Positions 11,060 to 25,505 of a stretch of 64,000 nt of DNA are shown one piece after another. Where the stretch lies: the NCBI RefSeq assembly GCF_009914755.1, contig NC_060928.1; one strand, 5' to 3'. The position numbers and the translations under genes are program-made. Numbering within the stretch: the first letter of the stretch is position 1; each line of letters begins with the position of its first letter. The DNA comes from the human T2T-CHM13v2.0 reference genome, Homo sapiens. Under the pieces are notes generated by a model. It had not been told where the DNA came from. It searched no databases and saw only the letters and a program-made list of their open reading frames with translations.

Positions 11060-13810
11060 TTTTTTATTGCTTCACCTTCAGTCAACGTATGTCCTTAAAG
11101 ATGAGGTGAGTTTCTTGTAGACAGCATATAGTTGACTATTTGGTCTTTTTTATTTTCATTTATTTATTTTATGTATTTGGCTACCCTGTGTCTTTTTTAT
11201 TAAGGAACTTATTCAATTTACTTTCAAGCACATAGAGAAGAACTTATTATTGTCATTTAGTGATTTGTTTTCTGGTTATTTTGTATATATGTAATGTCCT
11301 TATTGTTCTTTAGTTGTATCCTTTTGTGGTTTGATGGGTCTCTGTAGTGATATGCTTTGAATCATTTTACTTATGTTTTTAATATTTATTATATATTTTT
11401 ATTTTGTGGTTACCTTAAGATTTACATAAAACATGTAACAGGCTATTTCAAGCTGATAGTAAGTCAACTTTGATCTCATATGACAACACTATACTTTTAT
11501 TCCCCCTTATATTTTACATTTTTAATGTCAAAATTTACATTATTTTGTAACTTTTGTTCTCTGCCAATTAATTTTAGCTATAGTTCTTTTAATAGATTTG
11601 TCTATTAACCATCACAGTAGAGATGAAATTCCTTTACACACTACCATTTTCAGTGTAGGGTGTTCCGAATAGGATGCTGTATTGCTTATGCCATTGAATT
11701 TTGCACTTTTATATGTTTTATGTTATTAATTAGTGGCCTGTGCATAGTTTGAATAACTTCCTTTAGTAGTGTCTGTAAGGCAGGCCTAGTGTTGATGAAT
11801 TCCCTTAGCTTTTGTTTGTCTGGGAATGTTTTTATTTCTCCCTCATTTATGAAGTACAGCTTAGCTGAATAAAATACTTTTGCATGGCATTTTTTTTTCC
11901 TTCAGGATGTGTTGGAATATATCATCCCACTTGTTTCTGTCCTCCAGGGTTTCCGTTGAAAAATCTGTAGTCTTATTGAGACTCCCTTTTTTGTGATTTT
12001 TTTTTTTATCCCTTTCAGCTTTCAGAATTTTTTGTCCCTAGATTTTGTAGTTTGATTATGAGGTGCCTTAGTAAACTCCTCTTTGGATTGAAGACCTCTT
12101 CGCTTTCTGTACTTGGATGTTGGCATCAGATTTGGGAAGTTTTTAGCTATTATTTCTTTAAATATTCCCCTTTGGACCTTTTCTTGCTTTTCTTCTGGAA
12201 ATTCTATTATATAAAAATTAGATCTTTTGTTGATGTCCTATAATTCTCATAGACTTTCTTTATTATTTTTCACTCTTTTGATCCTCTGGCTGGATAATTT
12301 CAAATGTTCTGTCTTTGAGCTCACTGATTCTTTCTCCTGCCTGTTTGCACCTGCTGTTGAAGTTTTCTAATGCGTTTTTTCATTTACTTAGTGTATTCTA
12401 CCTCCCTAGGATTTCTTTTTTTTTTTTTTTTCTTTTTCAGACACAGTCTCACTCTGTCACCCAGGCTGGAGTGCAGCGGCACCATCTCAATTCACTGCAA
12501 CTTCCACCTCCTGGGTTCAAACGATTCTTGTGCCTCAGTCTCCTGAGTAGCTGGGGCTACAGGCATACGTTACCACGCCCAGCTAATTTTTGTATTTTTA
12601 GTAGAAATGGAATTTTGCCATGTTGGCCAGATTGGTCTGGAACTCCTGATCTCAAGTGATCTGCCTGCCTCAGTCTCTGAAAGTGCTGGGATTACAGGTA
12701 TAAAGCACTGCACCTGGCCTCTTTTTTTTTTTAATTTCTATTTATTTGTTAAACTCATGATTTGTGTATGTATTATTTTTTACATTTCCTTTAATTTTAT
12801 ATCCACATATTTTATAGTTTACTACATTCAAGAGGATTAATTCCAAACTATTTGTCTGTTATTTCATAGGTATCAATTTTTTAGGGCTCAATGTTGGAAC
12901 TTTGTTTTATAGGTGTCATGATTTCCTGGATGTTTGTAATCCTTGAATTCTCCACAATTGGGGAGATAGCCACTTCTTTCAGGTTTTACAAGGTTTTCTA
13001 TTTTCTTGGCAGAGATAGACTTTACTGTTTAATATAGGCTGTGATTCTAGGTGGAACTGAACCCTGGGCCTCCTTGTCAGGTGAGATGACTGATTTAATT
13101 CTGCAATCAAGCAGAGCTGATGGCTGGGAACTGTAGTTGACTCTGATTGGGCGAAGCGACAGAGTGTATTCCCTTGACAGATGGTATTGATATTTAAGAC
13201 CTGAAATTGGACAGAGTTACAGGCTGGGCCCCAAGGGTAAATGGAGTTCCCTCTTTGGACAAATAAGACCAGCTGTTATGCTTGATAGAGATGCATGGTT
13301 GAGGTTTACCTCCCTGCCTAGGTGGGGACTTGGGTTGAGCTTTGAAGATGACCTGAGCACCATTTAAACTCCTGGGTCTGGGAAAATCCCTGCTCTTTGC
13401 CAAATTGCCCTGTGGTGAGCATCACTCTTGCTGGGCAGAGGCTTGGAGTAGGGCTAGTAGTTGGGCCTCTTGGCTGGGATATTCAAGCCAGATCCTATAA
13501 ATTATGGGAGCCACCAGCTCAGTTTTGCAGGTGGGCTATGCTGTTCACTAGTTACTCTGATTGAGCACCACCACTGGCAGGTACACAGGGCCACCACAAA
13601 GATCTGTGTGCTGACTGCTATGGGCTCTACCATCTTGCTTTGTTTCCACTTGGCCTCAGATATTCTGCCTATGCTGTTACACCTTCTTTTCCTGTACAGT
13701 GAGGCCAAAGTTGGCTTTCTGAGAAGTGTCTTAAAACATGAGAAAGACTAGATGTGGTTCTCTTTTCTCACTTTAGAAACCATGAGCCTTGGACAATCCT
13801 CTCTTTTTGG
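11060..13810 (-). mobile_element. L1M-type LINE-1 5' half (ORF2 endonuclease start, inter-ORF, ORF1, probable 5' UTR), interrupted by an Alu
   Basis: gtgagtttcttgtagacagcatatagttg (EN region); gtaaggcaggcctagtgttgatgaattcccttagcttttgtttgtctggg (ORF1 3' part); GC-richer 5' UTR-like sequence 13000-13810. Confidence 0.75.
12414..12720 (-). mobile_element. AluS-type SINE
   Basis: polyT, cagtctcactctgtcacccaggctggagtgcag...ctcaagtgatctgcctgcctcag...aagtgctgggattacagg. Confidence 0.95.
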
Positions 13811-14028
13811 TACTATATCAACTACAAAGACATATTTTTAAGAATCACCATAACATAATCCTGAACATTTGTAAATAAAACCTTTTTAGAAATGGTTAGG
13901 TCAAGCAGGCAAAAATGATCATTAAGAATACAGAAAATGTGAAAAATCAAGTGGTAAAATCTGAAGGCCAAGGCTAAGATTGACAAAGAGGGAGGGATTG
14001 ATAAAGAGAGAAGTGGGGAGAGAGATAA

Positions 14029-14472
14029 TGATATGATTTGTATGTTTGTCCCCTCCAAATCTCAAGTTGAAATGTGATCTTTAATATTGAACATGAGGCC
14101 TGGTGGGAGATGTTTGGGTCATAGGGATGGATCCTTCATGAATAGCTTAGAGCCATCCTCCTGGTAATGAGTTAGTTCTCCTTCAGTTTGTTTACACAAG
14201 ATCTGATTGTTTAAAGGAGTCTGGGATCTTCCCCTTTTCCTTTCTCTCTTTAACCCCATCTCCCATGTTCCCACTTCTGCCATATGACTGCCTGCTCCTG
14301 CTTCACTTTACACAACGAGTAAAAGCTACCTGAGGCCTCACCGTAAGCTGAGTAGATGCTGGCACCATGCTCCCTGTACAGCCTGCAGAACTATGAGCCA
14401 ACTAAATTTCTTTTCTTTATAAATTACCCAGGCTCAGTTATTTCTTTATAGCAACAAAAATGGACTAATACA
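14029..14472 (+). mobile_element. MaLR solo LTR, MSTB-like
   Basis: tgatatgatttgtatgtttgtcccctccaaatctcaagttgaaatgtgatc...ataaattacccaggctcag...ggactaataca. Confidence 0.9.
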
Positions 14473-14819
14473 CACACAGAGAGAGGGAGAAAAGAGAGAA
14501 AATTCACACAAGGAAAAAAGTATTTTTTTAAAGCAACATTTGTAAATTGTGGTCACAAAATACATTATAAGGTAAGGCTCATTTATTTTCTAAAGATTAA
14601 AATTTCATAAATCACATCTTCTGAGCAAAGTTCAATTGAATTAGAAAAAACACTAAACTATATTATTTTAAATTTTATAAGATAAAGAGAAAAGAGCAAT
14701 TGAAATTAGAAAATACATTAATCTGAATTCCAATTAAAAACACTACATATCAAAATCTGAAATATGTAGTTAAATACTGTCAAAGAATAAGAGAGTATCC
14801 CTAAATATTCTGAGCCAAA

Positions 14820-14952
14820 AATGAAGCAGAAGCAGAAGAAGAAGAAAGAGAAGGAGGAAGAGCAGGAGAAGGAGGAGGAGGAAAAGGAGGAGGAAGAAAG
14901 TTATGGAGGAAGAAGAGGAGTTGGAGTAGATGGGAGAAGAAAAAGAGGAGGT
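14820..14952. repeat. GA-rich low-complexity tract
   Basis: gaagcagaagcagaagaagaag...ggaggaggaggaaaaggaggagg; explains Leu/Ser/Pro-rich ORFs 14770..15085. Confidence 0.9.
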
Positions 14953-15152
14953 TGCACTTGAGCTGTAAAGGCTCAGAAGAACAAACAGAATAAACATGAT
15001 GATATTGAAAAGAAGAAAATTGTGAAATAGGAGAAAAAACATAAACTAAATAGAAAATAAAACAACAAGGAAAGTTAAAAACCATAAAATCAACTCTGGA
15101 CTAACTGCAAAATAGATAACTTTTTTTCTCAGGACTAATCAAATAAAACAGA

Positions 15153-15570
<418 letters not shown>

Positions 15571-16339
15571 TTTTAAAACATGAACAACTGTATTCCAGTT
15601 AAGTGAAATACCAAACTAAAAAACAAGCAAACAACACAACACAAATTGATTTTAGAAGAAATATACGACCTAAAAGAATTTTAATATTAATACCAGCTTC
15701 TGATGCTTTTATAAAATTTCAAAAACTAGGTAATTTTTCTCATGTAAAACCATTTTAGATTAATAGAGACAGAAGAAAATTTCCAACTCATTTTAGTTAT
15801 TAAAACCAAAATAGAATAAGTGATGAATGGGAACTGAAATTATGGGCAAAATTCTTGCATATGTAGGAAAAAATATTAGAAATTTCTAAATACACTAAAT
15901 ATGGGGTGGCGTTTATCACAAGGACATATATATGGTCAAGATCATAAAATATATTAATTAATTATATCACATTAGGTATTAAAGAGTAAGTCATTTTATA
16001 GGTGCAAGTAACATACTAAAAAAATCTATACTCCTTGGTGTTTTCAAAAATTCACACAACAAACTAATAGCAGAAAGATAAACATTCTAAACGTAATGAC
16101 GATTACTTAAAATCAAAAGCAAACATACACATTTTGATGCTTAGAAGCACTGTACTTTATTTCCAGTCAAAAACAAGAACAAAAATTAAAAAGGTACTAC
16201 CACAAATGTATTCAATATTATATTTGAGTTGTATGTAATAAAATGAGTTAAAAATGTAAATTAACTACATAGGAAACAAGAAGAAAGCAACAAAGTTATT
16301 CTTATTTGTAGACAATCAGTTTATTTTATCCAGAGAGGT

Positions 16340-16800
16340 CCTCCTGAGTGGGCCTGGCTTAATCAGGTGAAAGTCCTTAAAGAGGTACTTAGACCTTCCT
16401 GTGAAGAGTCTTTACACATTGGCGGCTTTGAAAGAGTAAGGTTTTTTGAGGTAGACATCATATCAAGAGGGCGACATGGCAAGGAACTATAGCCACTCTC
16501 TAGGAGCTGAAAGAGGCCCCTGGTGTCACGTCAACAGCCATCAGGAAGCTCAGGCCCACAGTCATTTTAGCCACAAGCAATTAATTTTACCAACAAACCA
16601 AATGAGCTTGGAACTGGCTGTGAAAACTCAGCCCCAGACAACATCTTACTCGAGCAAGACCAGTGAGATACTGAAGCAGAGGGCCCAGCTAGACATCCCA
16701 GAAATTCTGACACAGGAAAATTTAGAGACAATAAGGAGTTGTGCGCTTTAAGCATTTATTTATGTGCTAATTTGTTATGTAGCGATGGGAAAATAATACA
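16340..16800 (+). mobile_element. MaLR LTR, MLT1E/F-like
   Basis: acatggcaaggaact...ctctaggagctgaaag...aaatgagcttggaa...aatttgttatgtagcgatgggaaaataataca. Confidence 0.75.
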
Positions 16801-18419
16801 AATGACAGTACTTTCATAGTCACAGGGAAAAATAGGAAAGAGTGCAAGAAATGGGTTACATTTTATGTTTGGTGGTTCCTAGTGCAGGGAGCTTCTTAGC
16901 ACTTCAAGGAGTGAACTGGTCTTGTTTTGAAGGGACACTGTTGAAAGTTCCAGGAAAGCCTGGCATAGGTGGAAGGTGAGCAAAGGGGAGATTAACTGCT
17001 TTTTTCAGAAGTTTGTGGTTGTTATCAGGGTTAGATCTTAAACCAGAATTTTCTGACCTCTTAATGAGTTTTAATACACTTTGATTCTCCACTCAAAAAT
17101 CATAAGTATTTAAGTGGAAATATACATACATACATAGATGATACTGCAAATGCAACCATTAAAAATTCATTTATCAGTATTACATGTACCCAGATAATCA
17201 CACACAGTGTTTGCTCTTCTTATTCTTTGAAACATAAGAATATCTTTCTACATTTTTTACTTGATTCTTTCTTTGTAGAGGTACCAATAAAGATTCCATA
17301 AGTTGAATTATAACATGTAAGGACATTAGAATTTACTTGAAGCTAAATGAATATACCTTATCGTTTAAGACACATTGTTAGCAATGGCCTTTCTCACCCT
17401 TCAATTGATTAATAAATTGTGCTTACTGCTACTGCTTAAGGGGCCCAGGGTACTGAGTTGACAAGGAAATCCATCTTTAGACATGAGAACACTTGGCTTT
17501 TGAGTTACTGTTAAACATTTTTTATTTTTTAGTGCACAGTTTGACAATGCATTCTGTTGCTTTCCCTGATCATTCAAAAGTTCTTTTGTAAAGTGCAGGC
17601 ACATTATAAATATTGGCCTGTAATGATTCTATTATTATCCAAATAGGCTGCCACTTCACTCTCAGGAAAAGGTCTGCATGTTTGAAGAAACATGTCAAAG
17701 GAAAATTTGAGTTAGTCTAAGACTCCTATTTCCTAAAGGTACAATTTAGTGCATGTTTAGTTTTGATAAACTAGAATGAAGGTATATTGATTCCCTCCCT
17801 TTTAATCTCTGTGAGGAACAAGTAAACAAAGATGTTTCTATAGGACATGTTTCCATAGGATGTTTCTACTGGACATGTCCTGTTTATGAAGGACATTTTA
17901 CAAAGTGGAGGGTAAAAGCAGAATGGAGAGTCTACATAGATAGTATGCTGAGGATTCAGTGAGCAGAGATTGAGTCCACTTGTTTTTCCAAGGTCCCTTG
18001 GAAATAAACTAGAGTCCCTTCAGAAGGGCCAATAAGCAAACCCCTATTTGGAATCCCATACTTGTGTTCATTTTTATTGCTCTATAGTCATTTCAGGGAA
18101 TCTTTGGATCGCTCTTTCTTAGAAACTGACGGCTTCTTACACTGGCTGTGAGTTGTAAGGGCTTTGGTATTAGATTCAGCAAAAACAGAAAAGGAACACC
18201 TGGAGAGGGACTTTGTGCTAATTAGTGAACTAGGTATCACTTTGAAAGGTGGGTATTCTGAAACTCTATTTTTAACAATATGATGCTGAAAGCAGCAAAA
18301 TTAAGTAAATTGAGGAAAGCCACCAACTAGATTATTGAAGAGCTCTTTCCAAAATGGGATAAGTTAGCTATATCCCAGCTATCCTAGATAGTTATTCAGG
18401 CTATTTCCAGAGAAAATGA

Positions 18420-18735
18420 GGCCAGGCACAGTGGCTCACACCTGTAATCCCAGCACTTTGGGAGTTTGAGGCGGGTGGATCACGAGGTCAGGAGTTTGAG
18501 ACTGGCCTGACCAACATGCTGAAACCCCATCTCTACTAAAAATTAAAAAAAAAAAAAAATAGCTGGGCATGGTGGTGCGCACCTGTAATCCCAGCTACTT
18601 GGGAGGCTGAGGCAGTAGAATCACTTGAACCCAGGAGGCAGAGGTCTCAGTGAGCAGAGATCGAGCCACTGCACTCCAGCCTAGGTGACAGAGGGAGAAT
18701 CCGTCTCAAAAAAAAAAAAAAAAAAGAGCGAAAGA
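18420..18735 (+). mobile_element. AluS-type SINE with TSD
   Basis: ggccaggcacagtggctcacacctgtaatccc...polyA; gaaaatgag(g) repeated on both sides. Confidence 0.95.
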
Positions 18736-21700
18736 AGGAAAATGAGGCTTAAGTATTCATATTGAAAAAGTGCACATAGTTAGCAATATGACAATTAGCA
18801 ATATCCTTTTGATTTGAAATACAATTTCTAGTTGGTTCTGCACTCTTGATAGGTAGACTCTCAGTTAACTATTCTGGCACCTGATTATGGGCTGTTTTGC
18901 ATGCAAAGGAGGAATTCAGTGAATCTGGACAGAAAAGGTCCACTTTATGAACTTGCTCCCCAGTAAATAATTAGTCATTGTTTGGTTTCACTCATAAATG
19001 GTCCACATACATACAATATGTTAGCATATATAAGAAGGATACACAAGTTGTAAGATAATATTGTGCATACTCTATGTGTATCCAATAAAGATGTACTCAA
19101 ATGTGTTCTTTCTCTTGAGGAGAGTGTTCACATTTAACTCATCGCATTGTCAAAAGCATAGAATTTTGTTGAAATTTAGTTGTAACTAAAAAATGTCATT
19201 CCCTTTCTTCATTTCTATCTCCCTTAAAACTACATAATTGATTTCAAAATGAGCATTATGGATTCAAAGAAGGACCAAATTGGTTTAATAACAGAAATGT
19301 AATCCCACAATAGAACTTGACATGATAATTATTTTCTATGCCACTCTAATTCCATTCCTGGATGCTATATTGTCTGATAATCTTTGGAGTTTTTTTTATT
19401 TTAATTTCTGCACTTTTTGAATCTTCATCAACTGCCGTTTCAATTTTTGATGACCAGTTAAAGTCCTTTGATTCCTGGACTTATCTAAATGCCCTTTGTT
19501 GTGGTGGTATCATCTGAAATCTTCACTATAAGTGTTTAACACTTCCATCCATCACAGCATGTATTGCTGGACACAAATTATGAGTCATTAAGCAAGTAAT
19601 TGTGCTCTTAGACTGGTGTCACTTTTGACATTTGTTCTGAGTTCCCTAGACACATCACCACTTAAAATCCTAAATCTCAGTAATCTCCTACTTTCTTAAA
19701 AGATGAATAATATACAAATATATAAAAACAGATCTACAAGGGAAATTCAATTACAAAAGATGTTTATCTTAATAAAATAGTCCTTCTTGTGCCATTGGTA
19801 TAGATAGATTCTCTGAAATGTGAAATTAGATCAGCAGTTTTTGTTGATAATGTTCATGTGAAAATTTGGCATCTGCATATTTTTCTAGTTAAATAAATAA
19901 TCTTAGAGCACTAATTTACTCTAATGACAGAGACACCATTTGGCTTCACAAAAAACAAAACTAATCTAAGGTCCATTTCCTATTTATGGGGTGTATACAA
20001 CATTCAGTTGTAACATTCACTGAAGTTTAAAAAATGAGTTCAAGCAAATTTAAAGCACGGGGACACTGGCACAAGAACTCTTTGCCATGAATGGTAATTT
20101 GAATTTAATTACAGATGTTATCCCTATGCATTTTCTATCAACATTTAAAAAAACACTCAGCCTTGCCTTTCTCTTCTGTAAGACTTCTACATCTTATTGG
20201 TATTCTACCATCGCCTAAACCAAACCTTCTTGCAATTATTTGTTTACAATCTTTCTCTCCCACTAGAAAGATGTTTAGGACATACCACACATGTTTCTAT
20301 AGCTGTAAAATGTAGTCCAATGACTCTCCAGCATGATGTGAATAATAAGTATTTGTTAAATTAATTAGATTACTTCTGCTTTTCTAAAGCTTAATATTTC
20401 ATTTCCCTTAAATAACAATTCTACTCTGTATTCCTTTGTCTGTAGATTTCCAAAAAAATCAATTTAATAACCACAAAGATAGCATTTGGTCATATAATAT
20501 ACATTGTTCTTTGGCTCTTTTATTATGTAATTTATTGATCCTTTCATTCACCCATGTATTAATTGACTCAATAATCAAATAGTTCAGATTTTTTTATTTT
20601 TTAAGGATGGGTGATACATCTAAAATATAGTTTTTTAATTCCCCCAAATTTCTAGTCCAGTGCTAAATGTAACACTAGTTGTTCATCCTTGAGCACATTA
20701 CTTAACACCTCTGCCACAGTTTCCACTGTTATTAAGTGGAAATACAATAGCATGTTGTATTTGAAGTGAAGATTAAATTAATTACATAGGAAAGTGTAGC
20801 CATGGAACAAATACTATGTAACTGTTTGTTGTTGTTGCATTATTAGCTGACTAATAAATCCATGCCAAGTTGCTTGATAAACACAGTTTATTCCTGGAGA
20901 GCAAAGATTTTAAGAATAGTAAATTAGGATTTTTTTTTCTAATTTCTACAGTTCCATAGACTCATTTCTTCTTCTATGATTAAAAAAATTCAAAAGACAA
21001 ACATAAAGCTGTATAAAACATGGTGATATATTAAAACAAAATTATGAGTAATAAACAAATGAGTCAATCCACCAAGTTACCTATCTTTTAAAAATATGCA
21101 GTAAGTTATGAATATACTGGAATGTTTTATTCTGAAACATAACCATTTTTCAACTTCTAACATGGAAAAAAATGGCCAATGCAGGTTGACTGCTGCATGC
21201 TTGTTTCAATGCTGCTTAGCACAAGTTCAGAACTCATCATCACAAGTGGTTTTAAATACTTTTAAATTGTTTTTCTAAGATAAGCAAAGCTAATTTATTA
21301 AGTTTCAGATTTCTTTATCTGAGCCACAAAAGTACTCTTAAGTTGTTCTCTGTTCATTTATCTATATTTTTGAACTAATTTATTTCCTATTTTTAACAAA
21401 TCTAGCTAGAACATAGTTGGCAAAATACAGAGTTGGGAGTGAGTCGAAAGGCTCCTTGGGTCTTACATCTGCACTTTTCTCACTGTGTTCACCTGGAGCA
21501 GATCATTTGACTTCTAATCTTAGGATCCTCATTTGAAATGGTGATATGCAGAAAAATAGAAAATGTGAGTGGAGTGACTTGCACAGTGTTTGGTACAGTA
21601 GTTGCTCTGTGAAGCCTATTTCCATCATCCCCAAGCTTTCTCCTTGGAGCTATAATTTAGTTTTTCAAAATAGAACAACGTGATTTTTTTCTTACTTCTA

Positions 21701-22239
21701 TTGGAAATCCCAGCCTTTCTTTTTCCAGAGAAGCTTAGTAATTGGCGTCATTGGCAGCCAAGTGTTATTAAAAATTTATATTTGGAAATCGTGCAGGGTC
21801 CTTAAAAAACATCTGATCCATGTTCCTTCTCAGAATATAATCATCACTGCAACAGCCCTGAATTCTGATTATTCACATCGTCCTTGAACATCTCCATCTT
21901 CCAGGAACTCCCTCTGTCCATAGATGATGCATTGTAATTCTGTCCATCTCTGCTAAGATCTAAAATTCATTTTCCTGCTTTCTCTCCATTGACGTCTCCC
22001 TGACTCCTTGAGTAACCATGTAACAGGTCTGACCTCCCTTCCTAGCCCACCTCAGCTGTGTCATCCAGCTTCCTCACTCTCCTTTTACATATTTAATCTC
22101 TCAGAGAAAGACTATTCCTTGTTCTGAGGTTTGGAGCAAGTTATTTACTATCTTTGGGCCCTCTGTTTATTTAGCTAAGGGCACAGATAATATCTATCTA
22201 CTTTTCTTGGTTGTGAGAAATAAATAAAATTATATGTAC

Positions 22240-22630
22240 TATTCAAAAAGCATTTATTAAGCCCCAATTATATGCCAGGCCTTAGTTTAGAACGTGGAGA
22301 TATAACAGTGAGCACAATAAACAAATGTCTCTCTTTTGTGAGCTTTCTTCCTTGTGGAGGAGGCAGACAGAACACAACCTATCATTAGCATAGTAAACAA
22401 GCAAGATAGATAATAGGTTGGTAGGTAGTGATAAATGATAACATAGAACAGTAGGACACATGTAATATTGGGGTACAAGGTAGTACATTTAGGCAAGGTA
22501 TACAGGGAAGACTTATGAGAAAGGTAACATTTGAAGAGACTTGGAGGGCCAAAGGAAAGAGTTAGATGTATTTGAGAATGAGAACATTCCAGACAGTTGG
22601 AACAGCAAGTATGAGGGCCTTGAAATGGGA
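22240..22630 (-). mobile_element. L2 LINE fragment
   Basis: attcaaaaagcatttattaagcccc...tatgccaggc...gagaaaggtaacatttgaagagacttgg...aacattccagacag. Confidence 0.75.
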
Positions 22631-23934
22631 CCTTGACATCATTTCTGTCATGAAATAAAAATCAATGAACTTAACATCAGTTTTTCTATAGCAATGTTTA
22701 ATTTAACCTAAGAGAGTCTCTGAACATTCTTTTTTAAGAAAAATCTTATATTTTCTCACCACAACAGTACACATAGGGAAACTGGTAGTGATATTATCAT
22801 AAGAATTAACAATACACCTATTTAGAATTTAATTTTACAGTGCTCATAAGCATTAGCTTGCATTCCCAGACTAATCAAGTTATTGGAACACTGGCCACCC
22901 AAATGCTTTTTACAATCAACATTTTTGGATATGTATTTAGCTTTCAGAGACGATCATAATGATATTTCGTCTCCAAATATCTCGTGTCTTCTAATGTGAT
23001 AGAAAAGAAACAAACAAACATCTACTGCTTTTCATTTGGAAGACACACATGCCAGATGTGGTTAAAGTTTGTCCATGGAACGTGAAATTTCAAATTGTGA
23101 ACATACCCCAAAGAAAATATTAAGGACAAACGCATAACAACTAAACATTAATGAATACTGTTGTTTATTTCTTCTCCCTTTCCTTCATATTTTCCGTAAA
23201 AGTTTTAAAGATTAACATTTTAATATTTTATCAAAGGGCTCATGATTATTTGACATTGTCTGATAAGATGTGTCTAAGCAAGAAATATATATATTGTATA
23301 TATATGCATATGCACACATACATATTTATCATGGGTGATGTATCACATGGAGGTCAAATTGTGCTCCCTTTTCTAGGAAGGGACACTTTTCCCTAAAATT
23401 TAGCCAGTATGCTGCACGTAGGCCAATGCAGCTAGAAAAAGTCTCACTCACTCTCAAGGGAAAGGGGCGGGGGAACAAGACTATTGCCAATCAAACAACA
23501 CCTGTTAAATCTGCCTACTTGGGCTTACATTACAATGACCCATTAGGCATAAAGGGTACTTTTTACCATACTTGTTTTATAGGATTTTATTATTTCTGAG
23601 CCACAATCTTTTGTTGTTGTAACACTATGGAATGTTGAATTAGGATTAAAATATCATTAGATAAATTCGAAGTTGCAGATAATCAAGTAAAATATAAACT
23701 GAAAGCAGAAAATATTCAGATAAAAATCTTAGTCTGTGTATTGTGGAAATGACTGTATGTCTGATGATTTGCTGTCAGTTTCACTGAACTGTAACATTAG
23801 TGTGCAACTCTGCTTAACATTTCCTTAAAACTTATTTCCTAATTTTTTTTTTTTTCTCAGAAATCTCCAAGTGAGAAGACCTTACTTGTCTTCTGAAAGT
23901 CTGGTAACTTTCACCTGCACATAATGCTACCATC

Positions 23935-24030
23935 ATGATTTCCTTTTCCTTCCTTCTTTCCACCTTTCCCTTCCATTTCCTCCCCTTCCCTCTCCTCCCC
24001 TCCCTTTCCCTTCCATTCTTTCTTTATCTT
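23935..24030. repeat. CT-rich low-complexity tract (decayed tail of adjacent minus-strand L1)
   Basis: tccttttccttccttctttcccacctttccc... Confidence 0.85.
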
Positions 24031-25505
24031 TATTGAGGTATAATCGATAAGAAACAAAACACTTTGCACATATTTAATCTATACAATTTGGTGAGTTTGG
24101 ACATGCACATGCATCTGTGATATTATCCGTATAATCAAGGTACAAGTGCATTCATCACCACTAAAAATTTTCTTATGTCTCTTTTGTGTGGAGGTGGGGG
24201 GTGGGGGGGTAAGAATGCTTAACGTCTGGTCTACTCTTTTAACAAATTTTTAAGTACTCAATACAGTACTGTTAACTACAGGCACTATGTTATACAGAAA
24301 ATCTGCATGACTTATTCATTTTGCACAATTGAAACTTTACACCTTTGAATAACAACTCCTCCTTCCCCTAACCCAGACCCTGGCAACTACCACTCTCTTC
24401 TCTGAGTCTGAAAATTGTAGATACCTTATATAAGTAGAATCGTACAGTATTTGCCTTTCTAAGACTGGCTATTTCATTTAGAATGGTGTCTTCCAGATCA
24501 ATTCATGCTGTAACAAATGCATAATTCATTTCTTTTTAATGACTGAGTAATATTTGTATATCTTGACTGTTGTAAATAGTGCTACAATGAACATGGGCAT
24601 TCTAATAGCTCTTTGAGATTCTTATTTCAATCATTTATTGAATGTGTGTGTGTATATATGTATATATAAACAAAGACACAGAAAAGGAATTGCTGGACCA
24701 TAAGATAGTTTTATTTTTAATATTTGGAGAAACCTTCATACTATTTATTTTCCAAAGTGGCTCTGCCAGTCAGCATTCTCACCAATAGTATTAAAATGTT
24801 TAAATTCTTTTCACATCCTCACCAATACATTGTCTTTTTATATATATTACAATAGCCATCCTGATGGGTGTGAAGTAATATCTCATTGTGCTTTCACTTC
24901 GCATTTGCCTAATTAGTGATGTTTAGAAATTTTTTACATGATCGTTTGCCATTTTTATGTCTTCTTTTCAGAAATACCTATTTAGATCCTCTGTCTAGTT
25001 TTTTTTTTAATCAGGTTGTCTTCTTGCTATTGAGTTCTCTGAGTTTCTAATATATTTTGGATACTAATCCCTTATCATATGTATGGCTTACAAATAAATT
25101 TTTTTTTCTATTGTATAGATTGCTTCTTAACTCTATTGTTTACTTTGCTGTGCAGAAGCTTTTTAGTTTAGTTTGATGAATTTCCATTTGTCTATTTTTG
25201 TTTTTTGTTGGCTGAGCTTTTGGGGTCAATTCCAAAAAAGCATTGCCCAGACCAATGTCATATAGTTTTTTCCCTATTGTTTTTTCAGTAGTTTTATAAT
25301 TTAAGGTCTTATGTTTGTCTTTAATCCATTTTAAGTAGATTTTTGTGTATGTGAAGGGCCCAATTCCATTCTCTTGTATGGGGGTACCTAGTTTTTCCAA
25401 AACAATTTGTTGAAAATGTTCTCCTTTCACTATTTTGTGTTTTTGGCATCCTTATTGGTGATCAATTGACTGTATGTATAATGTATAAATTTATTTCTGG
25501 GCTTG
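24030..25505 (-). mobile_element. L1MA-type LINE-1 3' portion
   Basis: tattgaggtataat...ctggcaactaccactc...tttgctgtgcagaagctttttagttt; ORF 25140..25430 ends ...KLKSFCTAK (L1 ORF2 C-terminal region). Confidence 0.9.

Noticed and set aside
14770-15085. Leu-rich transmembrane-looking and Pro/Ser-rich ORFs
   Set aside because: Read-through of a GA-rich low-complexity tract.
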